Source: Squalus acanthias (Eukaryota). From it: a stretch of 64,000 nt of DNA. This document shows positions 47,491-59,548 of this stretch, piece by piece. How positions within the stretch are numbered: position 1 is the stretch's first letter; every line of letters begins with the position of its first letter. Under the pieces are notes generated by a model, which made no database searches, was not told where the DNA came from, and saw only the letters and a list, made by a program, of their open reading frames with translations. The stretch lies in assembly GCA_030390025.1 (NCBI GenBank), contig JASTWF010000088.1, forward strand, positions 992,001 to 1,056,000. Reading direction: 5' to 3'. The position numbers were made by a program, and so were the translations under genes.

Positions 47491-48908
47491 AACACACAGT
47501 TTTTACAATTATATTCGTGAAAAATGGGCCCTTTTTTAAAAAAAAAAGATGCGGGTAATATTGCAAATGAAAATAAGAAAATTACAGATTTGTTGAATAA
47601 TTACTTTGTCAGTTTTCACAGTAGAGGGAGAGCATACCTGATATTCCAGGGAAATTAATAATGAATCAAGGACTGGAACTCACTAATGTTAACGAAAGCA
47701 AGAAAACAGTATTAGAAAAAATAAATGGCACTAAAGGCTGACAAATCCCCGGGACCTGATGGTTTCCACCCCAGGGTTTTAAAGGAAGTAGGCGAGGAAA
47801 CGGCAGATGCTTTAGCCATAATCTTCCAAAGCACTCTCGATTCAGGAATTCCCCTACAGATTGGGAAATTACAAATTTAACTCCATTATTGAAGAAAGGT
47901 GAGTGAGAAACCAGGAAATTGTAGACCTGTTGATCTAAATTTGAGCTGATTAGAGAGCCAGCATGGATTTGTAAAGGGGAGGTCATGTCTAACGAACCTA
48001 ATTGAATTTATTGAGGAAATAACTAAAGTAGCAGACAGGGGAATGTCTATTGATGTAGTTTGTATGGACTTCCAGAAGGCATTCGATATGGTTCCACATA
48101 AGAGACTTATTAAAGCTCATGGAATTGAAGGCATATTATTGGCCTGGTTAGGAGATTGGTTAGCTGGTCAAACACAGAGAGTAGGGATAATGGGTATGTA
48201 CTCTAATTGGAAGGATGTGACTAGTGGTGTCCCACAAGGATCGATGCTGAGGCTTCAACTGTTCACTGTATTTATTAATAACTTCGATAACGCAATAGAG
48301 AGCCATATAACTCTGCCTAAGAGAGAGAGATCCAAGTTTATTCCAATGATACAAAGAGCATAAAATTAAAAAGAGACATTGATAGATAGTGAGTGGGCAA
48401 AACTGTGGCAGATGGATTTTAATGCAAGTAAGTGTGAAGTCATCCATTTTGGACCAAAAAAGGATAGATCCTTTTAAATGGTGAAACATCTTGGTTAGGA
48501 CCACATCTTGTACAGTTCTGGTTACCGCACCTTCAGAAAGGATATATTGGTCTTGGAAATAATGCAGCGCATATTCACCAGAATGTTACCAGGGTTAGAT
48601 TATGAGGCGAGATTAAATAAACTAGGCTTGTATTCCCTGGAATATAGAAGGTTAAGGGGTGATTTTTTGTGAATTTTTTTTTTAGGATTTTGAACCGAAT
48701 TGATAGGGCCATAGAGAAACTTTTTGCTGGCAGGGTAGTCTTGGACAAGGGGACATAACCATACAATCAGAGCCAGGCCATTCAGGAGAGAAGTTAGGAA
48801 ACACTTCTTCATGCAGAGGGTGGTGGAAGTGTGCAACTCTCTCCCACAAAAAGCAGTAGATGCTAGTTCAATTAATTTTAAATCTGAGATTTTTGCTGGC
48901 CAAGGGTA
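47491..48908 (+). mobile_element. Old degenerate CR1 RT region; its 3' terminus appears displaced to ~62038-62130 by the ERV
   Basis: ORF 48043-48363 (MDFQKAFD..GVPQGS); breaks off at GCCAAGGGTAT, and the expected continuation AAGGGATATGG...GATCACCCATGATCTCATTGAATGGCGG is at 62038. Confidence 0.8.
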
Positions 48909-49334
48909 TGAATTTAAGAAAACTGCGCGTCGTTCGCTTGCGTAGTAACAAAGTCAACCTTTGGTTCTGGTTACAATACTTTTTTATTCTTGCTTCAGCG
49001 CACAGTAGTTACGCAGACAGAGTACAATTACATGTAGGTATGCGTTCCTTACATTGTACCATCTATTGTTAGTGGACATAAGCGATTTATACATTCCCAA
49101 TGTGGGTGTTGAGGAAAATCCTTTCTGTCTCCTATTGGTCCTTTTTTATTGCTACAGCACCTTGTATGGGTTTTCTCCCTTCAGTGGTTTTTGACTTGCC
49201 AGGACTTGCCTTTTCCTTTCTGTCCCTGTATCAACATCCCTTACTTTGTTTTTCAACTTCGTGGACTGCCTCTTAAAGGTTGTTGCACTTCCCTAAAATG
49301 GTGGCCACCCCATTCCCATTACTATTTCATAACA
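48907..49334 (-). repeat. ERV 3' LTR
   Basis: Starts TGTTATG on minus; CCAAT (49138-49134), TATAAA (49091-49086), AATAAA (48988-48983); homologous to 61366-62031. Confidence 0.75.
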
Positions 49335-50555
49335 TAAGAACATAAGAATTTGGAGCAGGAGTGGGCCATACGGACCCTCAAGCCTGCTCCGCCATTCAAT
49401 AAGATCATGGCTGATCTTCAACCTCAACTCCGCTTTCCTGCCTGATCGCCGTATCTCTTGATTCCTCAAGAGTCCAAAAATCTATCTAGCTTAGCTTTAA
49501 CTATACTCAATGATTCAGCATCCACAGCCCTTTGGGGTAGAGAATTCCAAAGATTCACACCCCTCCTGAGTGAAGAAATTCCTCCTCATCTCAGTCTTAA
49601 ATGGCCGACCCCTTATCCTGAGAGTATGCTCCCTCGTTCTAGACTCTCCAGCCAGGGGAAACAACCTCTTAGTATCTACCCTGTCAATCCCCCTCAGAAT
49701 CTTGTATGTTTCAATGAGATCACCCCTCTTCTAAACTCCAGAGAGTATAGGCCCATTCTACCCAATCTCTCCTCATAGGACAGCCCTCTCATCCCAGGAA
49801 TCAATCTAGTGAACCTTTGTTGCACCGTCTCCAAGGCAAGTATATCCTTCCTCAGATAAGGAGACCAAAACTATACACAGTACTCCAATACCATGTACAA
49901 TTGTAGCAAGACTTCCTTACTCTTGTACTTCAACCCCCTTGCAATAAAGGCCAACATGCCATTTGCCTTCCTAATTGCATGCTGTACCTGCATCTTTTAC
50001 TCTCTGTTTCCTGTACAAGGACACCTAAATCTTTCTGAACACCAACATTTAATAGTTTCTCCCGATTTAAAAAATATTCTGTTTTTCTATTCTTCCTACC
50101 AAAGTGAATAACCTCACATTTCCCCACATTATACTCCATCTGCCACCTTACTCACTTACTCTGTCCATATCCCTTTGCAACCTTTGCAGGCTCTGTGGGG
50201 GAAAAATTAGGTCGCGCCCCGTTTGGGGCGCAAATATCGTCTGGACGCAAATATTAGCGCCTGGCGCTAATTATCGCCACTGACTGGAAACTTCACTTTT
50301 ACCGCCCCGGGAGGTGAGTGGAGCGCTAAATCAGGCGCTGCACACCTGTCTTAAGGCGCAAAGGCCGAGCAGTGAGGCGCTAACTCAGCGCGCGAGCGCA
50401 GCGCAGGTGCTGCCAGTTAGCGAGGGAACACAGACACACTGGCGCCGGTCAGTTCTTAAAGCGGGGGGGGCCAACTTGCTCTCCAGCCACACCCTGCTCA
50501 TTGCAGCCTTGAATCTCGGCCTGGAGAGACCTGTGAATCCATTTTGCTGCCAAGG

Positions 50556-52375
50556 ATGGAGAGGGTGAGAGAACGAGCTCAGCGCTTCACCGAGCGGGCC
50601 TTGGATGCTCTGGTTGGCGCGGTGGAGCGCAGAAGATGTATACTCTTCCCTGAGAGTGGCAGGAGGCCTTTGCCACGCGAGTACAGAAGAGTGTGGAGGG
50701 AGGTGGCTCAGAGCGTCTCCTCCAGGAGCATGGTGCCCAGGACCCATGTTCAATGCCGCAAAAAGTTCAACGACCTCACTCGGGTCATCAGGGTGAGTGG
50801 CTTTTTCTCAATACCTCTCCATCCCTCCATCTCAACCTCACTCTATGGCCAGAGGGTCTTAAAACCCCAATGCACAACACTCATCCAACACCTATGGCCC
50901 TTTCATGAAACACACACACACATTCCACACTTTGCATACAGTAAGGGCTATTCACCTATGGGAGGCGCATCAGGCAAGACCATGGCTGTATACAGTAAGG
51001 GCTATTCACCTATGGGAGGCACATCAGGCAAGACCATGGCTGTATATTTACTCAGATGCTGTCCTTTTTCTTGCAGGCCAAGCTGGCGCATAATAGGAGA
51101 CAGCAGCAACGGACAGGTGGAGGGCGGCCTCAGCTGCAACCCCTCAGCGATCTTGAGGAGCGCGTCCACAGGATTGTGGCAAGCCGGGTGATCGGTCCCG
51201 TCGCCACTGGAGACGCCGACCCCGTTCTGGACAGCAATGGTAAGGTCATCACCTTTTTGTCCTCTGTCCTTCCACTTGTCCCTCACAACACCAGCCTTTG
51301 ACACTTTCAATCCAACTTGCTAACTCGCTGCACTTATTCCTCCCTTACTGCCACCCTGTCCTCACGCTAAAGCCACTCTTGTACCTCCCTGCTTTCAGAT
51401 GGTGATTCACCAGCTGAGGAGACGGGCCCTGAAGCTGCCAGTGGGAGTGAAGCTGCAGCCGAGGAGGAAGAGGAAGCCGGAGCATCAGTGCCACCCTCTC
51501 CCGAGGAAGCCCATGCCCACACTGGGAACATGCCTTCCCTGGAGGAGAGCAGGGGGGAAGGGTCTGATGAGGGTGAAGCTCCAGGACCCAGTGGGCTGCA
51601 GCAACGCCATGGGGGTAGGGAAGAACGGGAGCCTTCTCCCCAGAGGGAGAGTATGCCAGCGACTCCTACTGCAATGGACGCAGAGGAGGAGCGGCTGATC
51701 GCAGAAATGAACACCCAGGCGGTGGGCATGCACACTGAGCTCATGGGTGCAGTGGGAAGGGTGCCCGAATGCATTGAGTCACTGGCAAGGAGTGTGGAGC
51801 ACTTTGCTGTAGCACAGGCGGATGCCACACTAACGCTTAGTGCTGCAATTCAGTCACTGACTGCCGTGATCCCATCTCTGACTGCTCTCATGCAGACTCA
51901 GATTGAGGCCACGCGAGCACTGACTGCTGCCAACCTCGATGGTTCGTTCACATGTCCCCGGGGCTCTCACCGCGCCGCAGCAGGCCAGCAATCTGTGCTC
52001 CAGCAGATTGCTCCGGATGCTGAAGTGCTGCCCCGTGGGAGTGCCAGTGTGTCGAGCGAGCAGGGAGTTGCTGTCCTCTCTCACGATGGCAGCATTCCTG
52101 CTGCCAACACTGTCACTTCTCCACTGCACTTGCCACCGCCTGTAGGACAGACTGCTGCCGCCCATGCAGAGTTGGTGCAGTCTGCAGCCGGGCCCTCCAG
52201 GCCCAGAACTGGTCGAGGCCGTCCTTCAGGGGCATCTGCAGTGTCAGGGTCTGACGATCAGCAGCCTTCCACCAGCCTTGCTGCAGCCACTGAGGTCCCA
52301 TTACGGAGGAGCAGTAGGGTTAGAAGGGGGGAAGTGCGCAAGGGAAGGAGATCACCCTCGAAGGGCAAAAAGTAG
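50556..52375 (+). CDS. Harbinger Myb/SANT-like DNA-binding protein, 3 exons (50556-50792, 51077-51239, 51399-52375), 458 aa
   Basis: RFTERALDALV...VWREVAQSV...RTHVQCRKKFNDL trihelix motif, then AHNRRQQQRTGGG. GT-AG introns (AGG|GTGAGT, TTGCAG|, G|GTAAGG, TTTCAG|) join in frame to TAG at 52373-52375. Confidence 0.85.
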
Positions 52376-52685
52376 GAGGTGTGACAAAATGCTGGTCATT
52401 TTTTTATTAAAGGCCGAGGTTCGTGGTCCAACTTTTGTTTAGTGTTTTGGACATTATCTCCAGGTTGTGAGAACCAGTTATGTTAATGACTTTTTTTGTG
52501 TTTATTTCTATGAGTATGTCATGAGGAAATGACACACACAGAGTTTGTAAAATAAATAAGTTTTTGTATTCAAAATATACATGTTTGGTGTTTGGAATCA
52601 TTGGTGCCTTGGCCGGCTTAGGGGTTGCGTGCTGGGTTCATTGATGTTGTTAGCAATGGCAGAAGCCATTTCCACAGCAGGGGCC

Positions 52686-53846
52686 CTAGAAGCGGCTTGC
52701 TATCAGCCGTTGACGGACGGCCCTTGCAGTTTCACCATTGTGGGCCGCCCTCCCGCCTTGGTGCTGCTGATGATCATCCTCCTCGTCCTCTTCCTCCTCT
52801 TCCTCCTCCTCCTCTGGTGGTGCTCCAAGGCCTGGTGGCATTGGCTGGGTCCTGACGATTGCCATGTTATGCAACATGCAGCACACAACTACGAAGTTGG
52901 ATACTCGCTCAGGCGAGTACTGCAGGGCTCCTCCAGAATGGTCGAGACAGCGGAACCGTTGCTTCAGCACGCCGATTGTGCGCTCAATGATGTTCCTGGT
53001 AGCTTGATGGCTCTCATTGTACCGCAGCTCAGCAGGGGTGTTGGGCGTACGGAGCGGTGTCATCAGCCAGGTGCTCAATGGATACCCCTTGTCCCCGAGA
53101 AGCCAACCAACTGGCTGATGCGGTGCCTCGAAAAGTTCTGCCACAGTAGTCTGGCGCAGGATGAAAGCATCGTGGCAGCTGCCAGGATAGTGGGCATTGA
53201 CAGCGAGTATCACCTGTCTGTGGTCACAGACCAACTGAACATTCAAGGAATGGAACCCCTTTCTGTTCCGGAATTCCTCGGCATTCTCATGTGGAGCACG
53301 CAAAGCCACATGCGTGCAGTCAATGGCGCCCTGCACCATGGGGAAGCCCGCTATCCTCGCAAAGCCCAGAGCGCGGTCACGCTGCTTGTCTGGGGTCATG
53401 GGGAAAGAGATGAACTCTCGTCTCCTTTTAAAGAGGGCATTTGTGACCTGCCAGATGCAGCAATGCACCGCGAACTGGGAGATATTGGCGAGGTCCCCAG
53501 CAGCAGCTTGAAATGAGCCAGTAGCATAGAAGTTGAGAGCCACTGTGACCTTCACTGCCACTGACAGAGACGTCCTGGACCTCAGTTGAGGCTGCAGATC
53601 TGGCTGCAGCAGGTGGCAGAGCTCAGTGACCACCTCCTTGCTGAATCGCAGCCTTCGCAAACACAGCTCCTCAGACATATGAATGTAGGAGAGCTGTTCA
53701 CGATATACCCTGGGAGGGTAAGCTCTCCTGTACATACGCCTGTTGGCCCTCCTCCGTCTGGCCATCATTGCCACTCTCTCTCTGCGTCTCTGTGTCCTCC
53801 GATTCAGCTGGAGCAGGACGACGCCCCCAATCAGTGCAGCCCCCAT
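52686..53846 (-). CDS. Harbinger DDE transposase (HARBI1-like nuclease), 386 aa from the first ATG
   Basis: GAIDCTH, NRKGFHSLNVQLVCD, PGSCHDAFIL, LLGDKGYP, RNIIERTIGVLKQRFRCL, CCMLHN; no stops. Confidence 0.95.
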   Translation of the reverse strand: MGAALIGGVVLLQLNRRTQRRRERVAMMARRRRANRRMYRRAYPPRVYREQLSYIHMSEELCLRRLRFSKEVVTELCHLLQPDLQPQLRSRTSLSVAVKVTVALNFYATGSFQAAAGDLANISQFAVHCCIWQVTNALFKRRREFISFPMTPDKQRDRALGFARIAGFPMVQGAIDCTHVALRAPHENAEEFRNRKGFHSLNVQLVCDHRQVILAVNAHYPGSCHDAFILRQTTVAELFEAPHQPVGWLLGDKGYPLSTWLMTPLRTPNTPAELRYNESHQATRNIIERTIGVLKQRFRCLDHSGGALQYSPERVSNFVVVCCMLHNMAIVRTQPMPPGLGAPPEEEEEEEEEDEEDDHQQHQGGRAAHNGETARAVRQRLIASRF

Positions 53847-55679
53847 AGTCTCTTTGCAAGCAAAGTTATGAAGGACAGCAACCAAAGTACCAGCGAAGTT
53901 AGGATCAGTAGGCAAAACTACCTCACAAAGCGTTGACTCAATGCAAAAGTCTCACTTTCTCTCTCTCCGAATCTCTCTCTCTCTCTCTCAGAACGAGTGG
54001 TGCAAAAATGTCAACCACAGAAAAAGACAGGAAGAGGCCCCCTTTAAATAGCGCCCCCCCCAGCCCCACAGCGATTGATAGCATTCCAGTCTTCCGGTCG
54101 TTGGATGCGCCAGGTGGTAAGGCAGGGGGCGCCACTCAATTTCCGCTCCGGGGCGCCACAAGGGCGTTGCACCATGGAATGACGTCACAATCTGCGCGCG
54201 CAGGTGGTCGCAGCGGTAAGGTTTAGCGCCGCCGCACAATGTCTAGTTAAGTTCCCGAGCGGCGCAAACATCGCTGTGCCCGGGCGCTAGCGGCTTTGCG
54301 CCCCATTAGCGCCCTCTTAAGGCGCTAACGGGAGGCGCAACCAACTGAATTTTTACCCCTTTGTGTCTTCCTCACAGCTTACTTTCCCAGCTAGCTTTGT
54401 ATTGTCAGCAAACTCGGATACATTGCACTCGGTCCCTTCATCTAAGTCACTAATATAGATTGTAAATAGCTGAGGCCCAAGCACTGATCCTTGCGTTACC
54501 TCATGAGTTACTGCCAACTGGAAATTGACCTGTTTAACCCTACTCTCTGTTTTCTGTCCATTAAGCAATCCTCTATCCATGCTAATATATTATCCCCAAC
54601 CCCGTGAGCCCTTATCTTGTAGAGCAACCTCTTATATGGCGCCTTATCAAATGCCTTTTGGAAATCCAAATATACTACATCCACTGGTTTCACTTTATCT
54701 ACCCTGTTAGTTACATCCTCAAAAAACTCTAATAAATTTGTTAAACATGATTTCCCTTTCATCAAACCATTTTGACTCTGCCTAATCATATTATTATGTT
54801 TTTGTAAGTGCCCTGTTGCCACTTCCTTAATAATGGATTCCAGTATTTTCCCAATGACTGATGTTAGGCTAACTGGCCTGTAGTTCCCTGCGTTCTCTCG
54901 CCCTCCTTTCTTGACTAGCAGGGATACATTTGCTACCTTCCAATCCGCTGGGATTGTTCTAGAATTTTGGAAGATCACAACCAATGCATCCACTATCTCT
55001 GCAGCCACCTCTTTTAGAACCCTAGGATGTAGGCCATCAGGTCCAAGGGATTTGTCAACTTTTAGTCCCATTAGTTTCTCAAGTACTTTTTCTCTATTGA
55101 TATTAATTACTTTAAGTTCTTTACTCTCAATAGCCCCTTGGTTCCCTGCTATTTTTGGTATGCTGTTGTGTCTTCTTCTGTGAAAACAGCTGCAAAATAT
55201 TTGTTTAATGTCTCAGCTATTTCCTTATCCCCCATTATAATATTTCCTGTCTCAGCCTCTAAGGGACCAATGTTTACTTTTGCTACTCTTTTTTACATAC
55301 TTGTAGAAGTTCTTACAATCTTTTTTTATGTTTTTTGCTAGTTTACTCTCATTCTATTTTCTCCCTTTTTATCAATTTTTTTGGTCATCCTTTGCTGGTT
55401 TCTAAAGCTCACCCAATCATCAGGCTTACTATTATTCTTCGCAACATTATAAGCCTCTTTTAATCTAATACTATCCTTAACTTCTTTAGTTAGCCATGGA
55501 TGGATCACTTTTCCCGTGGAGTTTTTATTTTTCAATGGAATGTATATTCGTTGAGAATTTTGGAATATTTCTCTACCCTTCCTTATATATATCCCGTATC
55601 GACTTTCTCACACAGCATAATTCAATGATCAGCAACATTTGCACTGTGTGTTTTTGTGAGGTTCTAGTTCTGTGGATTA

Positions 55680-55860
55680 TTTTTTTTATTCGTTCATGGG
55701 ATGTGGGTGTCGCTGGCAAGGCCAGCATTTATTGCCCATCCCTAATTTCCCTTGAGAAGGTGGTGGTGAACCGCCTTCTTGAATTGCTGCAATCCCTGTG
55801 TGGGGCGTACGAGAGCATGGGCCTTACACTAAACACCCGTAAGACAAAGGTCTTCTACCT
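55680..55860. mobile_element. Short non-LTR fragments within the ERV: a minus-strand LINE 3' end and a plus-strand RTE RT snippet
   Basis: 55680-55800 has a T-rich tail and resembles a shark LINE 3' UTR (recalled, not searched). 55805-55860 (AYESMGLTLNTRKTKV) matches the RTE at ~4140-4195. Confidence 0.6.
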
Positions 55861-56386
55861 GTGGTTCCTTTCAAAGTACAACACTCCATGTCTGGTGCAA
55901 TCCACGTTCAGATAATGCAGATATCCCTCGTGCATCGGGCCTTCGGCGGAGTCTTCAACCACTCCTGTTGATTTATACCTGGTCACCTTCCAAGGTTGAC
56001 TCCTGTTCTTTGCTGGTAGGGGTAGCACCAATACAACCGGTATGATATCCTTGTCTCCGCCCTCATCTCGGGAGGACCAAAAAATGTCATTCCCATCTGG
56101 CGCATCGTATCGTAGTCTGTATCTATGGTTCCTTCAAACCATTTTCTCAGCTGTTCTTTGATCTTCCCCAACTCCCGCACAAATTCTTCTGTACTCTGAT
56201 GCTCCCTCAGGTTGTCACCCTCTTGTTGATTCATTGTTATCAATAATCCTTCTAGTTGTCTCCTCATAACCTCATCATGTTCCCACACGCTCTCTATATC
56301 TGTCCTGTTCATTCCTGCTAACTCTGCCGTGGCTTCTATTCCTAGCCATTCTGTCAACCCTTGCTTTCTTCGTGATTTAGGTTCAT

Positions 56387-58186
56387 AGAATCATAGAATG
56401 GTTACAGCACGGAAGAAGGCCATTCGGCCCATCGAGCCCGTGCCGGCTCTCTGCAAGAGCACTTCAGCTAGTCCTACTGCCCCGCCCTTTCCCCAAAGCA
56501 TTGCACATTTTTTTCCTTCAGGTACTTCTCCAACTCAATTTTGAAAGCCGTGATTGAGTCTGCCTCCACCACCCTTTCAGGCAGTGCATTCCAGATCCTC
56601 ACTACTCGCTGAGTAAAAAAGATTTTTCTTATGTCGCCTTTGGTTCTTTTGCCAATCACCTTAAATCTGTGTCCTCTGGTTCTCGACCCTTCTGCCAATG
56701 GGAACAGTTTCTCTCTATCTACTCTGTCCAGGCTCTCATCAAATCTCCTCTCAACCTTCTCTGCTCTAAGGAAAACAACCCCAGCTTCTGCAGTCTATCC
56801 ACATAACTGAAGTCCCTCATCCCTGGAATCATTCTCGTAAATCTTTTCTGCACCCTCTCTAAGGCCTTCACATCCTTCCAAAAGTGCTGTGACCAGAATT
56901 GGACACAATACTCCACTTGAGGCTGAACCAGTGTTTTATAAAGGTTCTTCATAATTTCCACGCTTTTGGGGGGGGAAAATTCGGTTGGTTAACGCCTCCC
57001 GTTAGTGCCTCCAGGGGCGCTAACGGAGCGTTAGGAACTTAGCGCCCGAGCGCGGCAATTTTAGCGCCGCTCGCGAAATTGACCAGTCATTTTGCGGCGG
57101 CGCTAAACACTACTTCCACGATCTCATGCGCCCGCAGATTGTGACGTCAGTCAAGCGTGCAACACCCTGGTAGCGCTCCAGACCGGATATTGAGTCGCGC
57201 CCCCTGCCTTAGCGCCTGCCGCTAGGAAGAACAGGTAGAGGGGAACGTTTTCAAGTCGGGAAGGGCTGGGGGAGCGCTATTTAAAGGCGGGCGCTTCCTG
57301 GTTTTTCTTGTCAGCAAAATCTTTGGTTTTAACGCTGTCCTCAGGAGTTTTGGTCCTCAGCACCACTTTTGAGGTTCCTAAGTGCCGAGCTCTTTCCCTG
57401 GGCCTATCCATTAGTGCTTCCAACACAATTGCTTTTGAGGTCTCTCCAGGCCGAGATTCAAGGCTGCAATGAGCAGGGAGTGGCTGGCCAGCAAGATGGC
57501 CCCTCCACTTTAAGAACTGGATGGCGCCAATCTGTCTGGCTTCCATGGTAATTGGCATCGCCTGAGCTTCGGTAGCATTCTGAGGTAGCGCCTCGCTCCC
57601 TGACGTTTGCGCCTTGAGAGGTGTGTAGCGCCTGATTTAACGCTCAAATCACCTCCAAGGGCGATAGAGGCGAATTTTGCAGTCGGAGGCAATAATTAGC
57701 TAAACTTTGCGCATGGCCGATATTAGCGCCCCAAAATGGGCGATACTGAATTTTTCCCCCAAGTACTCTATGCCTCTATTCATGAAACCCAGGATCCCTT
57801 AAGCTTTTTTAACTGCTTTCTCAACCGGCCCTGCCAACTTCAAAGATTTGTGCACATATACCCCCAAGTTCATGCACCCCCTTTAGAATTGTACCCTTTA
57901 GTTTATATTGCCTCTCCTCATTCTTCCTAAGAAAATGTATCAATTCACACTTTTCTGTGTTAAATTTCATCTGCCATATGTCCGCCCATTCCACCAGCCT
58001 GTCTATGTCCTCTTGAAATCTATCACTATCCTCCTCACTGTTCACTATACTTCCAAGTTTTGTGTCATCTGCAAATTTTGATATTGTGCCCTGTACACCC
58101 ACGTCCAAGTCATAAATATATATCAAGAAAAGCAGTGGTCCTAGCACCGACCCCTGGGGAACACCACTGTATATCTTCCTCCAGTC
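56387..58186 (-). mobile_element. 5'-truncated CR1 inside ERV env, split by a non-autonomous Harbinger
   Basis: ORFs 57821-58213 (GVPQGSVLGP..FADD), 56719-56961, 56474-56698; (CATAGAAT)n tail at ~56385. Confidence 0.88.
56969..57760. mobile_element. Non-autonomous Harbinger derivative (~0.8 kb), inverted relative to the autonomous copy
   Basis: Left end GGGGAAAATTCGGTTGGTTAACGCCTCCCGTTAG matches the reverse complement of 54320-54359. Right end TATTAGCGCCCCAAAATGGGCG..AATTTTTCCCCC matches the reverse complement of 50197-50240. No coding region. Confidence 0.88.
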
Positions 58187-58984
58187 CGGTTGATTCATCT
58201 TATTTGTCCCCATCCTTCTCAGCCCTCGGCTCCTGTTTCCTATTCTTTCTTTCCTAACAATTCCTTTACTAATTCTCCAAGCATTTCATCTGTAAACTGT
58301 GAATTCTACAAATCAACTGTACTCCAAATCCTCCTTCCACCTTTACTACATAATTTTCTTCCTGCCCATTATAAATGTAGCATTCGCCTTCTCATTACCC
58401 TCCCATCTTATTAATGCTGTTACACAGCATGGCATATTCCTTGAGCCCCCATTTTTACGCTGACACACGTGTCCCATTCTTTTGTAGCAGACATTTAGTT
58501 CCGTTTTGATGTGACTCTTCATTGACGTCTTCCTTCAGCCAGTTTCCTGTTTCCGTTTCCACCGTATGGAATGTGGCATCCTTGGAGTCTGGACAGGCGC
58601 ATTCAAGACACACCCCCTGGTCTTGCCGACTAAGCGGACCTGTGGTGTGTAATGGCACGGTGTAGTTCCTGAACCGTCAGTGTCTGTAAAGCTGAACGTC
58701 TCTCTCCCCTCTATAGTAATAGTACAATCATTCTGGGACTCGTCTTTAGCATTCATTCCATATACACTCCCGGACAGGAACAGTAGCAGGATGTACAACA
58801 TCTTTGTCACTCCTTCACCTGCAGACACAAGACCAAATGTGTAACATTTAGTCTTTATTCTACATCTGCACCATTCTTTTTATAGGGTTTATCCTGATCC
58901 CCATGATACCACATGTATTGTATCCTCTTTTCTCGTTTCTGGATGGCCAATTTAATGTTGGATTCTCCCAGTTTGTCCATGATT

Positions 58985-59548
58985 TCATATGGGCCTTCCC
59001 AGGCCCTCCCACCCTTTAAAACTTTTTAACATCACTTGATCACCAATTGAGTAGGTGATACGACGAGTAAGGTGGTTATCGTTGGTGGTGTAAAGATGGG
59101 TAGCACCCATCTTCTGCGCTGCATGGTGCAGAGTAGAATCTAAGGATTGTTGGAGGTTCTGTTCATGGGTCTGAGGAGTAGCAATAGGGAGTGGTTCCCC
59201 CGTCAGGTGCATTTGCATCTGTGGGCCTGTCGTGAGTTTAAATGGGCTTTGAGCCATAGAGCTCACTGGTGTAGCGCATATGGCCATACACTATGATAAT
59301 TGAAACGTAATGTTGCCAATTTCCTATTGGAGGAGAATGGTCATCTCCGCCGAGGGGCCTCATCCTCCTACCCCACACAGCTGCAGGCCGTGCCCGCCAG
59401 AGGGGAAATCTTCATGGTAAGTGATGGAACAGGAAGTCCCAGTGTCCACTTAGTTGTCTTGGCGGCCTCTTGCCAAGACTGGAATACAAGGTCTAAACGC
59501 CTCATCACATTGGAGCTGGCTCACCACAGCTATTGAGGCCCGTCCCCG
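58985..59548 (-). pseudogene. ERV protease remnant fused directly to integrase C-terminus (RT, RNase H and IN core absent)
   Basis: Manual translation after the gag TGA: ...VDTGTSCSI (DTG at 59446-59438)...EIGNITFQLS*C then MAICATP...SPFKLTTG...YSIGDQVMLK (integrase tail). Confidence 0.7.

Larger units (their letters stand above)
50197..54359. mobile_element. Autonomous PIF/Harbinger DNA transposon, ~4.16 kb
   Basis: Ends GGGGGAAAAATT / AATTTTTACCCC, GC-rich subterminal GGCGC(T/A)AA repeats, convergent Myb/SANT and DDE transposase genes. Flanking 3-mers TGT/TTT are an imperfect TSD. Confidence 0.95.
49335..55570 (-). mobile_element. CR1 (RT region to 3' tail) inserted at the ERV PPT/LTR junction and itself split by the Harbinger
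   Basis: (CATAAGAA)n tail at 49333; RT ORFs 49930-50139, 54353-54580, 54508-55071, 55338-55535 are colinear across the Harbinger. Confidence 0.88.
55983..58801 (-). pseudogene. ERV env remnant: signal peptide and Cys-containing SU, split by a CR1, then furin-like site and fusion-peptide-like segment
   Basis: MLYILLLFLSGSVYG starts at 58801. After the CR1, PKSRRKQ/GLTEWLGIEATAELAGMNRTDIESVW (RRKQ at 56372-56361) is followed by a helical region. Frameshifted. Confidence 0.65.

Noticed and set aside
52581-53516. 311-aa plus-strand ORF with a hydrophobic stretch
   Set aside because: Antisense shadow of the Harbinger transposase; the hydrophobic run mirrors the poly-Glu codons.
52686-53915. Calling the transposase the domesticated host gene HARBI1
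   Set aside because: It lies between TIRs with a Myb partner and interrupts a CR1, so it is a transposon copy.
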